The notes beneath the pieces were generated by a model, which was not told the DNA's origin, searched no databases, and saw only the letters and a program-made list of their open reading frames with translations. This document shows, piece after piece, positions 43,021 through 57,929 of a stretch of DNA of 64,000 bases. This DNA comes from Eledone cirrhosa (lineage: Eukaryota). Within the stretch, counting starts at the first letter, position 1. The number at the start of each line of letters is the position of its first letter. The stretch is taken from the NCBI GenBank assembly GCA_964016885.1, contig OZ024742.1, positions 321,160,001-321,224,000 of the forward strand, written 5' to 3'. The translations under genes were made by a program, and so were the position numbers.

Positions 43021-43649
43021 TTGTTGTAAACATTTTATTGTAGTTTTGTATTGTTATCATTACTATTGTTATCATTACTATTATTGTTATATCTACTGTT
43101 TTTCCTTGATTTCTCCTTCACTTTAGACGATATAAATGTTGTGTTGTGTTGTCTTTCGTCCTTGTATAGTCCCCAACGTCGTGCATACTTGTCACTAATA
43201 AATGAAATCATTTGTCTCCTCCATCCATAGGCATCTAGCGCCTTTTCTATGGTTTTTGCTGCGCTAGGCAAACAAACTTTCTGTAGAGTCAGGAAATTCG
43301 ACCAAACATTTAAACTTCTAGCCCCTGTCCTTAATATTTCCTATTACAGTTAGGATGATAAGAATTTTGTGGCAACTCCAGATTCTCTGCATTTCATATT
43401 TCAGGTACTTTTCTTATTTTTTCGTATTTTTGCCTACATTCTAGTATCAAACGAGCAAGCAACGTTGTTTAACTAACATACTCCTCTTATTGAGTATAGC
43501 AATATCTGGGCGTGAATGCTCCATTTACTTATTCGTTTGAAACTTCATGTCCCATAATACTTTTACACGGTTGTTTTCATGGATACATTCTGGTTTGTGG
43601 ACATACTACTTCTTTGCATGTTCAAATTAAAACTTTTTACTCACAGGAG

Positions 43650-44810
43650 AACAGAAATACAAACCTAACCCATAACTTCTTTTGTGGATGACTTGGTACT
43701 CTATGCCAAGAACATAAATAGGATGAAGAAAAACTTTGACCTGATGACGACGTTCTCGAAGGATAGAGGGATGGAGTTTGACCAGGATAAATGTTCATAT
43801 ATGATTGTAAAGCAAGGAAAAACTACAACCCAATCTAGTAATATTTTTATCAATAGCCTAACTGTTTCACCGATATCTGACGACGAGTGCTATTGATGCC
43901 TAGGGATAGGTGAGAATATATCCTATGATGGTATTTGTAACAAGGAATACGTAACCACGGAATATTATACCCGATTTTAAAAAATATTGTCATCTGAAAT
44001 CTCTGCGCACAATAAAACAGTGACTCACAAAGTGTTTGCTGTGTCTGTCCTAACTCAAACATTCGGAACATTCGATTGGACGATAGATGAAACCCGAGCT
44101 ATTGATGTTAAAACCCGAAAAATTCATGTGTTCAATGCATGGATATGTTGCTAAGAGGCGCCAAAGTGAGAGTAATATAGATAACCAAAGTAGTCTTGGA
44201 CCAACAACCACTATATTGGTTCTCACTTTGAAGGATATGCTCTTGCAATCCAAGAACAGGAAATCACTACAAAATACCTGATTCACAAAAGAGATGGGGA
44301 TGCAGGCAAAACAACTAGATGGGACAACAAATGCAGACTCTGCAGAATTAACATTGAAGATGTTACCTATGTTATAAGCAGCTGTCCAAAGATGTCATCA
44401 TGTTACTATCTACCTAAGAGTCATGATGTAGTGGCCAAAATTCTATACAATGCAATCCGTAGAAAAAAATAGCCCGGCCAATAAAACATTAAAAGTTACA
44501 GCAATGCGGAAGACATATACATATATAATATGAAAGAATACTGATGGAATATTCCAGTCAAATCCCCAATAAAATGCAAGCATAACAGACCAGATATAAT
44601 GATATGGGACAGGGAAAAGAAGGCATGCATAGTAGTGGAAGTTAGCTGCCCAGCTATTAAATGTTAAATATTAAATGTTAAATATTAAATGTTAGCGAAA
44701 AGGAGAATATCTATGCAGAACTAATGAGGAATCAGCAGATACTCCACCCTAACTATACCTTCAGATTTATACCTGTGATTATTAGGGTTCTGGGATATAT
44801 TACTAACATG
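43650..44810 (+). pseudogene. R4/Dong-like non-LTR retrotransposon relic (RT plus restriction-like endonuclease)
   Basis: FVDDLVLYAK, GMEFDQDKC, ALAIQEQEI, CRLC..ISSCP, HDVVAK, HNRPDIMIWD..VEVSCP. Confidence 0.8.
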
Positions 44811-44819
44811 AGTGTAACG

Positions 44820-44898
<79 letters not shown>

Positions 44899-44902
<4 letters not shown>

Positions 44903-45769
44903 AATTAATATATATACATACAGATGCATATCAATGCTAGCAAATATATAGGTTTTGTCTTAGTAACTTTGTGGTTCAATGCATGGGGTTGCAGAACAAT
45001 AATATGAGAGACGTAAAATAAGAAAATTATAAAATTAACTTACTTACTAAAATTTCACTCCCAACTAATTAGTTTCTGAAATGGAATAAATATACTTTCC
45101 GAAGAAGATATAGAGAATCATTTCGTCGTCAGGGAAGTCTATTCTCAGCTAAGTTTCCAGGCAAAGCGGGGACTCTGGGAACTTATACAAAAATAATTCA
45201 GTGGATAGAAAATAGCAAAGCGTGGACTGAATTCCTAGCCATTGAGAAAATCACTGCCTCTGCGTCGGTGGCAAATTCAAAAAGAATCAATCACGTGACA
45301 TCGAGGTCAATCAGTGGAAAGTGGTTTGCTAATAAGACAGCGGCCTGCCTGCTACCATAGCAGCAGTCTTGGCCAATATTGCTCGACAAATAATTTGGAG
45401 ATAATTATAAAGAATTAATATATAGTAACATATATATACATACAGATGCATATCAATGCATTTCCACTGATTAACCTCGATGTCACGTGATTGATTCTTT
45501 TTGAATTTGCCACCGACGCAGTAGGCAGTGATTTTCTCAATGGCTAGGAATTCAGTCCACGCTTTGCTATTTTCTATCCACTGAATTATTTTTGTATAAG
45601 TTTTCCAGAGTCCCCGCTTTGCCTGGAAACTTAGCTGAGAATAGACTTCCCTGACGACGAAATGATTCTCTATGCTTTCTTCGGAAAGTATATTTATTCC
45701 ATTTCAGAAACTAATTAGTTGGGAGTGAAATTTTAGTAAGTAAGTTAATTTTATAATTTTCTTATTTTA

Positions 45770-45780
<11 letters not shown>
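44899..45780. mobile_element. Tandem plus fold-back non-coding element (family J, ~510-bp monomer)
   Basis: AAGAATTAATA..CAGATGCATATCAATGC at about 44900 and 45410; 45460-45778 is the reverse complement of about 45003-45320; (TA)n flanks. Confidence 0.85.
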
Positions 45781-45809
<29 letters not shown>

Positions 45810-45828
45810 GTATGTATGTACGTATGTA

Positions 45829-46330
45829 TGGTCGGGCCGTCGGCGACTAAACTGGCAACCCCACCAAGTTTGCTTGGTGAGGAGGGTAATTTTGGACACC
45901 CTGGGTATGAAAAACAAGACCCGTCAAAGGGCGGAGGAACTCAGAAGTGTCAAAGGCCATCCAATAAAGATTTCTTTTTTTTTTTTTGAGCGAGTGACTC
46001 GTAGTCTTCATTAAGACATTTCTCTAGAAGGTCACTCTAATATAAAACCTGCCACTTCGTTTGCATCCAATGCTGTGTAAACCAGTTCTACTTTTTGGGA
46101 AAATGCATTCGATGTTCAGAGAGAGGGATTGGCCCCGTGCAAAGCTTTTCCTCACTTAAAAAACTTCATGCACAGGCATCGCTTGATATGTGACATTTTC
46201 TGCGATGCATGGAATTGCTGGCCATAGGCAAGTCCCTAGCAGGTATAAAGAGCCACGTCCGATGGCATTACTCGAGATTGGGTTGCAGCCATCATGTATT
46301 ATGTATGTGAATATACAGAGTGAGCATAAA
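45829..46330 (+). mobile_element. RTE-like 5'UTR-derived fragment
   Basis: Homologous to the reverse complement of 58450-59060 (GGCGACTAAACTGGCAACCCCACCAAG..GGTGAGGAGGG). Confidence 0.6.
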
Positions 46331-46918
46331 TTCTTTGAAACCACAAAACACACTGAGCTGGAAATTACAACTATTCATTACACCTACCTCACGCTCTCAA
46401 AATTGGCCTCAGTCTTGCTCGTCGAAGGCCTTCCGCACCTGGTTGTCTTCCACATTTTGTGCCACTCGAAAACTCGTGAGTATGACATCGTCTTAACTCT
46501 GTGAACTTACTACAATATTCTGAGTGCTTCTGATAGCCGGACCAGAAACTTCAGGTTGGTTTGTTATTCGGTGTCCATCGTTTGACGGCCTGAAATTGAG
46601 GAGCTGTTCACAAAAGCACGTGAAAAAACATACAATGGCTGCAGAGAGCTGAGACCGAATATTACGTCACATGGTGACGCAACCCGCTAATCCCTACTCT
46701 ACTCATAGTTCACACAGCACACTAAATCTTGTTACGTTTCTGACACACCTCATATCCTGCACACATATGCGGCTCTTGAACAATTGGTCAATAATGGTAT
46801 CTGATTTAGGCACGAAGGCAACGATTTTGGGGGAGGGGAATGTCGATTAAATCCTTTCTTAATTATGTGTATTAGAATTTTGAACACTTCCAGATTACCT
46901 CCTGTTTGTTTAGGAATT

Positions 46919-46920
<2 letters not shown>

Positions 46921-46986
<66 letters not shown>

Positions 46987-47015
46987 CCTCTCTCTCCCTC
47001 TCTCCCTCTCTCTTT
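46921..47015. repeat. (TC)n
   Basis: Visible in sequence. Confidence 0.97.
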
Positions 47016-47536
47016 CCTATCTATCATTCCCTTTCTCCGCCAATCTATACGTATGTACGTACGACGTGTCACGAGCATTTTTACCGGGTGGAGCCCATCT
47101 CTCTCCGGGTCCGATTTCTTAATGAGAAGCAGCAGAGTTACAGCAAGAGAGAGAGAGAGAGGGGGGGCAGAGAGAGAGAGAGAGAGAGAGACCTGATTGT
47201 TCGACTGGTAATTTATTTATCGACCATCAAATGATGACCAGCAAAGATGGCATCGGCAGGATTTAAAGAAGTCTTGCGGTATTTCGGCTCACTGCTCAGT
47301 TTCAAATCCGAGTAACTGGAATACTCCTCGTCGAAAGCGATGAAAGTCCAGCCCCATAAATGTTTATCTACCGCTATCATGTGCACTGTTGGATAAAAGG
47401 TCCACCGACGGGTATGTAGACACAATGCTCCTCACTTGATGATATGTACATATCATTATACCATTTCCACTGCAAAGTTTTATCTAATTAACTAAGTAAA
47501 TGTTACTGGTAATGACAGGTGAAACACGTTTTCACC

Positions 47537-47558
47537 TGCAGCAGCAGTAGCCCTAGCC

Positions 47559-47652
<94 letters not shown>

Positions 47653-47665
47653 TAGCAGCAGCAGC

Positions 47666-47707
<42 letters not shown>

Positions 47708-47708
47708 T
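47537..47708. repeat. (TAG)n/(CAG)n
   Basis: Visible in sequence. Confidence 0.97.
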
Positions 47709-47801
47709 GTGCTCATAGTGGTGATATTAAAATATACTGTTTTTTTACTCTATCTTTTACGCTTTTCTCCCCTACCTTGTCTGTCTGTTTCTCTCTGTGT
47801 G

Positions 47802-47873
<72 letters not shown>

Positions 47874-47877
47874 TGTA

Positions 47878-47913
<36 letters not shown>

Positions 47914-48077
47914 AACATATATACACACATATATACAGGCACACATACTCAGACACACACATACACACATATATATATACACATATATACGCACATACAT
48001 ATACAGGCACACATACAGAGACACACACATACACACACACATATATATATATATATATGTGTGTGTGTATATATAAA

Positions 48078-48111
<34 letters not shown>

Positions 48112-48559
48112 AACATATGTCCCTATTGCCTTACCTACACAATCTCTTATCCTCCCCCCCTCCTCCCTATCTCCATGCCCCCTCTTCTTCGGGGATATCT
48201 GTTACAACATTACTTCCTCTAATTGTCTCCTTAACTGTATCTCAACTGACCTTTGACAGGAGAATTTCGGATCTAGTCGGCGGGGCTAAGATATATATAT
48301 GGCTGTGTGTCTGTGTGTCTGTGTGTCTGGGTGTCTGTGTGTGTGTGTGCGTGTGTATGCGTGTGTGCGTTGGTGTGTGTAAATGTATGTGAGATGGCGG
48401 GCGAATGGTTAGAACGTCAGTTAGAAAGGGCTTTCCTGATGATTTCCTCCGAATGAAACAGTTCTAGTCCTGTAGAAGCCATTTCTATAATAAATATTTA
48501 TACTCTGCTATGTATTTAGTACCTTACTTACTGTGTTACCTCCGATTGAGCCCGGGATA

Positions 48560-48619
<60 letters not shown>

Positions 48620-48637
48620 TATGTATAGATATATATA

Positions 48638-48841
48638 TAGGAACGAGTAGGACCCCGACGGCTGAGCTCAAGCCGTTTCGACGGCTAATTCTGGACTAAA
48701 ATGTCCAGAATTAGCCGTCGAAACGGCTTGAGCTCAGCCGTCGGGGTCCTACTCGTTCCTATTACCCACTCTACTACCCTATGTATTGAGTACTTTGGTG
48801 CGTTATGGTCCACCTGGTTCCTTACCACATTTCTTCCGTTA
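48638..48841 (+). mobile_element. Short fold-back element (family H)
   Basis: Perfect ~60-bp inverted arms followed by the tail TTACCCACTCTACTACCCT..CGTTA; between (TA)n. Confidence 0.85.
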
Positions 48842-48943
48842 TATATATATATATATATATATATATGAATGAAAATAGACCGAGACACGACTGTCCATCA
48901 TCAGTAGTCTGCTGTTATCATTGATATTATATATATATATATA

Positions 48944-49140
48944 TAGGAAAATTTTTAACCCCAACGGCAGAGCTCAAGCTGTTTCGACGGTTATTTCTGG
49001 ACCCAGAAATAGCCGTCGAAACGGCTTGAGCTCTGCCGTCGGGGTTAAATATTTTCCTATTACCCACTCTACTACCCTAAGTATTGAGTACTCTGGTGCG
49101 TTATGGTCCATCTGGTTCCTTACCACACTTCCCTCGTTAT
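48944..49140 (+). mobile_element. Short fold-back element (family H)
   Basis: Same architecture and tail. Confidence 0.85.
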
Positions 49141-49153
49141 ATATATATATATT

Positions 49154-49902
49154 TCGAGTCCCTGGCCCTTTCCCTAGTCAGCCATTTCATCCGCAGAGGT
49201 TACCCCACCCCCTCTCTCGTCTACACCGCTCTCACCCGCGCCCGTGCTATCCCCCGCTCCACCACCCTCACCCCACGCCACCTCACACCCACCCACCGTC
49301 TCCCCTTCCCAATCACCTACCACCCCTCCACCGCACCATCCGCCGCCTCTTCCGACGCCTCCAGTCCGACCCCTCCACCTCCCACATCTTCCCAACCCCA
49401 CCACTCCCCTCCTTCAAACGCGCACGCAATCTCCGCACCCTCCTCGTCCACAGCTCCCTACCCCCAACCCACGCTTTCTCCCTCCCCCGGTTCCTTCCCT
49501 TGTTCTAGGCCCCGCTGCAACACCTGTCCCCACATCACCAACACCACCACCTTGCAGGGTCCCAACGGCCACTCTCTCTCGGTCCGGCATGCCTTCCGCT
49601 GCACCTCCTCCAACCTAGTCTACGGACTTCGCTGCACTGAGTGCAGCGCGACTTATGTCGGACAGACGGGACGTCGCCTGGCGGACCGAGTCACGGAGCA
49701 CCTCCGGGATATTCGTCTCGGGGCAGTTCCCCATCGCCCGCCACTTCGGTGGCCCTGGACACTCCGCACGCCATCTCACAGTCTGTGGCCTACTCCAGTG
49801 CCACGGAACACCCGCCCATCGCCTTACGGTCGAACAACGAACTATCTTCATCTTACAGACCCACACTCTCCCCGGCCTGAACTCCCCACCCTTATTCCTT
49901 TA
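49154..49902 (+). pseudogene. PLE RT-thumb/GIY-YIG endonuclease remnant
   Basis: FIRRGYP, PITYHP, KRARNLRTLLVHS, CSRPRCNTC, CTSSNLVYGLRC..YVGQTGRRLADRVTEH, IARHF, PGLN. Confidence 0.9.
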
Positions 49903-51261
49903 GCGTTCGACCGCCCCCCTCCCCCCACACTTATCCCCCACTAACACCACTAATACACCCCTCCTTTTCACCGCCCACCCCACACTAACAATACTAACAC
50001 CTCCACTCCACCCCTCATCTGACCACCCTTCCCCAACTAACATACTAACATCCCTTCCCTCCCCTCTTCTCCTCCTCCCCCTCCTTATCACACGCACACA
50101 TGCACCCACTTACACGACCCACCCCACACGCAACTAACATCACTAACACCCCCCAACCCCACGCACACGTACCCACACACCCTCGTACACCACCAACTCT
50201 ACACACCTTACCACCACTAACCCCCACTCACACCTGCATTCCACCCCTCCCCACCTCCGTATACTAACACCCACTAACACCTCTTCACCAAACTACACAC
50301 ACACCAGTACACCACACTCCCTCCATAGAACCACACACACCCTTCTCTCCCCGCCCCCCCCCGCTCCACACTCACTCATCCCACTAACACACCTACTAAT
50401 ACACACACACACACACACCCTTCTCACTCCAACTCTCACACCTACCCATCCTCGCCTCCCTACCATTCCACCGACTGCTGCTATGCCCTTCTGACCACCT
50501 CCCAGCACCAACTGAGAACAGCACTCCACTGCTGACCACTTCCTGTTGCGCGCGCACCCCACATCTCTCCTCTTCCGACCACCGCTTCATGGATTACCCA
50601 CACGCGAATTTGACTTATAACCAAATCTCCAAACATCCGTGGAACTTACCAACTTTTCAACCATCCTCTTACGTCATCACCTATATAACTCATCCACACA
50701 CACACCCCAAAAAAATTTTTTTTCTCCACACGCCACCCACACCCACAATACGCTTAAACCCCACACACACGTGCTTCCACCACATATTTACACCCTCAGC
50801 CTCCTGATTCCTCTCCCCCCACCCCCTATCCACACACGCACAGACCTCCGACCCACAAAAACACCCCCCACACACACCTCTTCCTGAACATGCAACCCCG
50901 TTCTTCCCCCAACCCTCACTTTCACATACACACACACACACACACACGCACACCTACACACACACACCACCTTCAGCCCTCCCCGCTCGGACACCCCGTC
51001 TCTCTCTCCCCACTCCACCCGCCACCACCCCTACTCACCCCACACCCTTCCACCACCTGTTTACCCCCCTTTTAATTTCAGTTTATTTGATCATGCCTTT
51101 ATTTTTAAATTTTCTCATTCCTTGTATTTTGATCATGCTTTATTTTTATTTTTTATATTTTTTTGTCTTTATTTGTTAATTTTTCATTCGCACCGTTTCC
51201 TTTCGCTATATGTCTCTCCACACTCCCCTACACACCTTTTGAACTCTGTTCCCACACACTT

Positions 51262-51295
51262 CTCACCTGAGGTGGGCTTATGCCCGAAACGTCGT
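51262..51295 (+). ncRNA. Degenerate minimal hammerhead
   Basis: CUGAGGU GGGC UUAU GCCC GAAA CG UC; A9 is altered and stem I is poor. Confidence 0.45.
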
Positions 51296-51410
51296 CCCCC
51301 ACCTACCCCCCACTCTCCTGAGCGTGAATTTAATAAACATTTATTGTACTGCCTCTCTGTTCTGTCCCTGTTCAAATTTTTCATTATATATATATATATA
51401 TATATATATA

Positions 51411-53055
<1,645 letters not shown>

Positions 53056-53056
<1 letters not shown>

Positions 53057-53732
53057 AACAATATATTTAGAAACACACAGATACATGCGGACACACACAT
53101 ATATACATGAATGCATCCGCACCCAACTGTGAGTTAAGGGTGCCAACTTCACCGATGTTGCTCAATGAATGACTGGGACAGACCAATTCAGTTGAACTAG
53201 ACTGAACCAGTATCAGAATTAAAAATACATTATGAAGAGAGAAGAAACATTTAGATATAATTAGTAATAAAATGTATCATACCTAAACTGCTCCTAAATT
53301 CCTCGACTACGTAGTTTCGTGGCATAAACAAAAACAATATATCATAAAGATATAGAGTCCTTGCGAGGTCTGCCGACTTATCAAGAGGATACCTCATTTT
53401 ACTAGTCTCAAGAACGCGTCTACACGACGTGAGAAAGAATCCCAAAAGGCGGAGGGGGAGATAGTCACGCGATATAACGGTCGAGAAACAGAGCTAAGCC
53501 TCTTATAACCCCGAAGAAAATACCACGGAGGCGGAGGGGGTATTTATATCGAGGCCGCAGAAGAGGTGGTGAAGAAGGCGAGAAGTATGAGTAATGGAAG
53601 CTTTCCAGCTGTCCCCACACTTCAAAGATTGCTCGACCAGAGGGAGTTATTAACAATATATTTAGAAACACACAGATACATGCGGACACACACATATACA
53701 CATGAATGCATCCGCACCCAACTGTGAGTTAT
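53056..53732 (-). mobile_element. Partial-tandem non-coding element (family K, 595-bp monomer)
   Basis: ~80-bp direct repeat at 53056 and 53651; (TA)n flanks; hammerhead inside. Confidence 0.8.
53300..53389 (-). ncRNA. Type I hammerhead with U3-A8 core variant and long stem II loop
   Basis: UCCUC UUGAUAA GUCGGCA [~46 nt] UGCCAC GAAA CUACGUAG UC GAGGA. Confidence 0.7.
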
Positions 53733-53812
53733 ATATATATATATATATATCAACAATTATAGACACCTTGCATATTTCTATAGGTACCTAGTGCCTGTTG
53801 AAATATCCATAC

Positions 53813-53896
<84 letters not shown>

Positions 53897-54038
53897 CTAT
53901 CTACTCTAGCTCACTCTGGATTAAATCGACTGTGTTCATACCAGGAGGTATGAATCCCCAAGATATGGCGCCCCAAACACTCCATCCAGAATTAAGTAAA
54001 CATGTATGTGAGATTCATATTATTTACATCTTTACAAG

Positions 54039-54228
54039 GGTGGTGGATTGTCAGTATCGGTAGAGGGTCGGACAACATGCTTTGACGCATGGTGTTACGG
54101 CCCTTGTCATTCAGAGTTCAAATCCTGCCGGGGTTAACTTTGCCTTTCATCCTTACGAGGTCGATAAAATAAAGTACCGGTAATGCACTGGGTAATTGCT
54201 GGCCTTGTGCCTAAAATAGAAACAATTA
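54039..54228 (+). mobile_element. SINE S1
   Basis: Full S1 pattern. Confidence 0.85.
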
Positions 54229-54536
54229 TTTACACCTTTACTATCAACACCACCGTCCACACATCCATACCTCCTACTATCACTAAAACACGACCAACCC
54301 ACACCAACACACACGCACATACATATACACATGCAGTTGTCTCACCTTATCTATTGCTGTCATCCTGTCTCCCTATTGTCTACTCTGCCAGTCCGCCACC
54401 TCTTCATACGACCCTCATCCCACACCCACCCAACCAACATCTCCCACCTGTGATATATCACAATGTAGCGTACGCCAAGCACATTACCGAATAACCCTTT
54501 ACTCGTTATACACAGACACATACACACACAAACATA

Positions 54537-54900
54537 TACAGTTGTCCCCCGGTATTCGCTGGTTTACTTTCTAGAGCGCCCAGGAAGAGCGAAAAATCGC
54601 GAATATTGGACGTGGTCCATAAAAGTGCCTATAAACGTCAAATTATAACGTAAAATATAATAGAAAAAAGAGGGAGCATCTTATGCGAAGGGGCGTCCAA
54701 TAGACCGGCAAATACGTTACATTGTTATTAATAATTTAGCGTTAGAAATGTTTATATTGCCACGAAAAAAAGCCATGAGAAAATCGCATGAAGATATTTA
54801 CGATTCCGCGAATATGCGGTGGTTTCCACAAGCAGTTATTAGTTCGGTTCTAAGGAAAATTCCGTGAATGACCAGGATCGCGGATGCCGAGGATACATTA
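54537..54900. mobile_element. Tc1/pogo(Tigger)-like MITE
   Basis: TA-CAGTTGTCCCCCGGTATTCGC at the left; imperfect inverted GCGGATGCCGAGGATACATTA-TA at the right. Confidence 0.55.
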
Positions 54901-55056
54901 TATATATATATATATATATATAGGTGTGTGTGTGTGTGCGTTGTGTGTGTATAATGAGTAAAGGTTTATTTGTTGTGGAACTAACTATATACCGAATTCG
55001 TCCTTTGGACTGAGTGCTCTACCAACTACAGATATAAATTCCCTGGTTTTTACCAC

Positions 55057-55087
<31 letters not shown>

Positions 55088-55280
55088 CCTGAGTTGGTTT
55101 TCTCGTTGCTTTGGTCCTTGCGGCTGGCTCACCGGTCGCAGTCTTCAATTTGTCAAGCTGTCTAAACGTAATGTTATTACTCTAAGGAAAAACTACCTTA
55201 TTGAGTGCTTAGCTGAACATTCCGGATTGCATTCGTTAGCATGGCCGCAGCCAGAGCTTCGTTTCTACTGAACTTCCATT

Positions 55281-55328
<48 letters not shown>

Positions 55329-55368
55329 TATATATATACTTCGCTGTGTTTGATAGTAATAAAATAAT

Positions 55369-55552
55369 TGTTTCTACTTTAGGCACAAGGCCAGCAATTA
55401 CCCAGTGCATTACTGGTACTTTATTTTATCGACCCCGTAAGGATGAAAGGCAAAGTCAACCTCGGCGGGATTTGAACACAGATCGTAAAGGGACGTAACT
55501 ATGCTGGAAAGCATGGCGTCCGACCCTCTACCGATACTGCCAATCCACCACC
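55369..55552 (-). mobile_element. SINE S1 with 16-bp target-site duplication
   Basis: ATAGTAATAAAATAAT at 55353-55368 and 55553-55568. Confidence 0.9.
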
Positions 55553-55643
55553 ATAGTAATAAAATAATCTGCTGTCATCATCATCACTGTTTTCCGTTTT
55601 ATGTCCATTCTTCCACGCTAGCATGAGTTAGACACACACACAT

Positions 55644-55676
<33 letters not shown>

Positions 55677-55677
<1 letters not shown>

Positions 55678-55872
55678 GAGAAGAATGGAGTGCCGCGTGG
55701 TTGCACATGGGTTACATATGAATAAAATTAGTCCTTCATCAGTGATTTTCCAACCGTCATTAGTATTTCATCGCTTAAAAAAAAAAAAAAAAAAAAAAAG
55801 AATGATATTTAAAGCGATGAAATACCAATGACGGTTGGAAAATCACTGATGAAGGACTAATTTTATTCATAT
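55677..55872. mobile_element. Short family G fold-back
   Basis: About 55717-55776 is inverted against about 55809-55872 around an A-run. Confidence 0.85.
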
Positions 55873-55931
55873 ATATATATTATATATATATATTAATATA
55901 TATATATTTATTTATTTACATATATATATAT

Positions 55932-56345
55932 ATGGTGGCTTCCAACTCTTTTTCGAGTACGGCCACTACTTTATATCCATGTAGGAGAACCCCTACTGAT
56001 GCGCTAAACAAGTGTGACTTTTTAGTCCAGCCAGCGACTTGAAAACTCTGGTACAAACACTACACATGTGACAATTATTGACACATAGTGCTGGGCCCAT
56101 GGTACCATGTGATGAAAGGTGCAGTGAGATCTCCAGATATAAAGCAATGCCTGTGCCGTGAAGCTTTTATAGTGAGCAAAGGCACTGCACAAAGCCAGTC
56201 CCACTCTCTTAACCAAGATGATATTTACAAAAAAGAAGAACAAGTCAACATCATTGGATGCCATCAGGGTTGCAGGTGTTATATCAGAGTTTTCCTTCTC
56301 CTAGAATTCTGCCTTGACAAAGGCTAAGGGGTCATCTCTCCCAGA
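55932..56345 (-). mobile_element. RTE-like 5'UTR-derived repeat
   Basis: High identity to 58452-58862; minus strand has CTAGGAGAAGGAAAACTCTGA. Confidence 0.65.
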
Positions 56346-56749
56346 TATATATTATATATATATATATATACACACATACACATATATATATATATATACG
56401 TGTGTGTAGGTGTGTGCACGCGTGTGCATATATGTGTGTGTGTGTGTGTGTGTGCTGGCGCGCGCAAACCATACAGCCATAAGATAAAATATAAAGAAAT
56501 CTATATACATGAATTGTGGTGGTGGCGCTGCTGCTCATGCTGCCGCTGCTGGTGGTGGCGGCGCCGTTATTTATTGTAAGTACAAAAGTGTTCTTGATGG
56601 GTGTGGCAACTCCATGGTGTTGGATGGGGGGTTGGGCGGGCTGGTAATTACCTTAAATAAGGGGGGAGAGCGGGGCGGGTTTAATTAGCTAAAACCGTTT
56701 TGGTTAAATAGATTACATACAATAATACAATATATATATAGAAAGTTAG

Positions 56750-56846
56750 AAACATATATATATATATGTAATTAGATATATATATATGTAATTATATATG
56801 TATATATATATATAAATGTAATTATATATGTGTATATATATATATA

Positions 56847-56896
<50 letters not shown>

Positions 56897-56923
56897 GTAA
56901 TTATATATGTGTATATATATATA

Positions 56924-56959
<36 letters not shown>

Positions 56960-56979
56960 ATTATATATATATATATATG

Positions 56980-57029
<50 letters not shown>

Positions 57030-57063
57030 ATTATATATGTAATTATATATATATATATGTGTG

Positions 57064-57098
<35 letters not shown>

Positions 57099-57298
57099 CA
57101 TCCTTTTTTCATATTATATATTTTTTTCGATTATATATATATATATATATATATATATAGATTTCATCCCTTTTTCTTTATATATATATATATATATAAT
57201 TATATATATATATATAATTATATATATATATATTTATATATATATATATATATAATTATATATATATATATATATGTGATTATATATATATATATACA

Positions 57299-57356
<58 letters not shown>

Positions 57357-57390
57357 ATTATATATAAATATATATATATATATATGTGAT

Positions 57391-57422
<32 letters not shown>

Positions 57423-57470
57423 ATTATATATATATATATATATATGTGTGTATATATATATAATTATATA

Positions 57471-57522
<52 letters not shown>

Positions 57523-57530
57523 CATATACA
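56750..57530. repeat. (TA)n with TGTAAT interruptions
   Basis: Visible in sequence. Confidence 0.95.
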
Positions 57531-57791
57531 TACATACATGTATGTATGAAGTGAAATGCTGAAGGAAGATTACAGATTATCAGATTTCAGCGGTTCTTTT
57601 GTGTATATATGTATGTGTGTGTGTTTTCGTACCTGTGTGTGTGTGTATTTTCGTACGTGTCTGTGTGTATTTTCGTACGTATGTATATATGCATGTATAT
57701 ATATATGCATGAATAGAATATGTAAGCAAGCATCTACATGTGTGAGTGTCTTCATATATATATTTATATATATATATATATATATATACTG

Positions 57792-57929
<138 letters not shown>

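Larger units (their letters stand above)
49154..51385 (+). mobile_element. 5'-truncated PLE with a long C-rich 3' UTR
   Basis: GIY-YIG remnant, ~1.2-kb C/A-rich tract, degenerate hammerhead at ~51262 and AATAAA. Confidence 0.85.
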
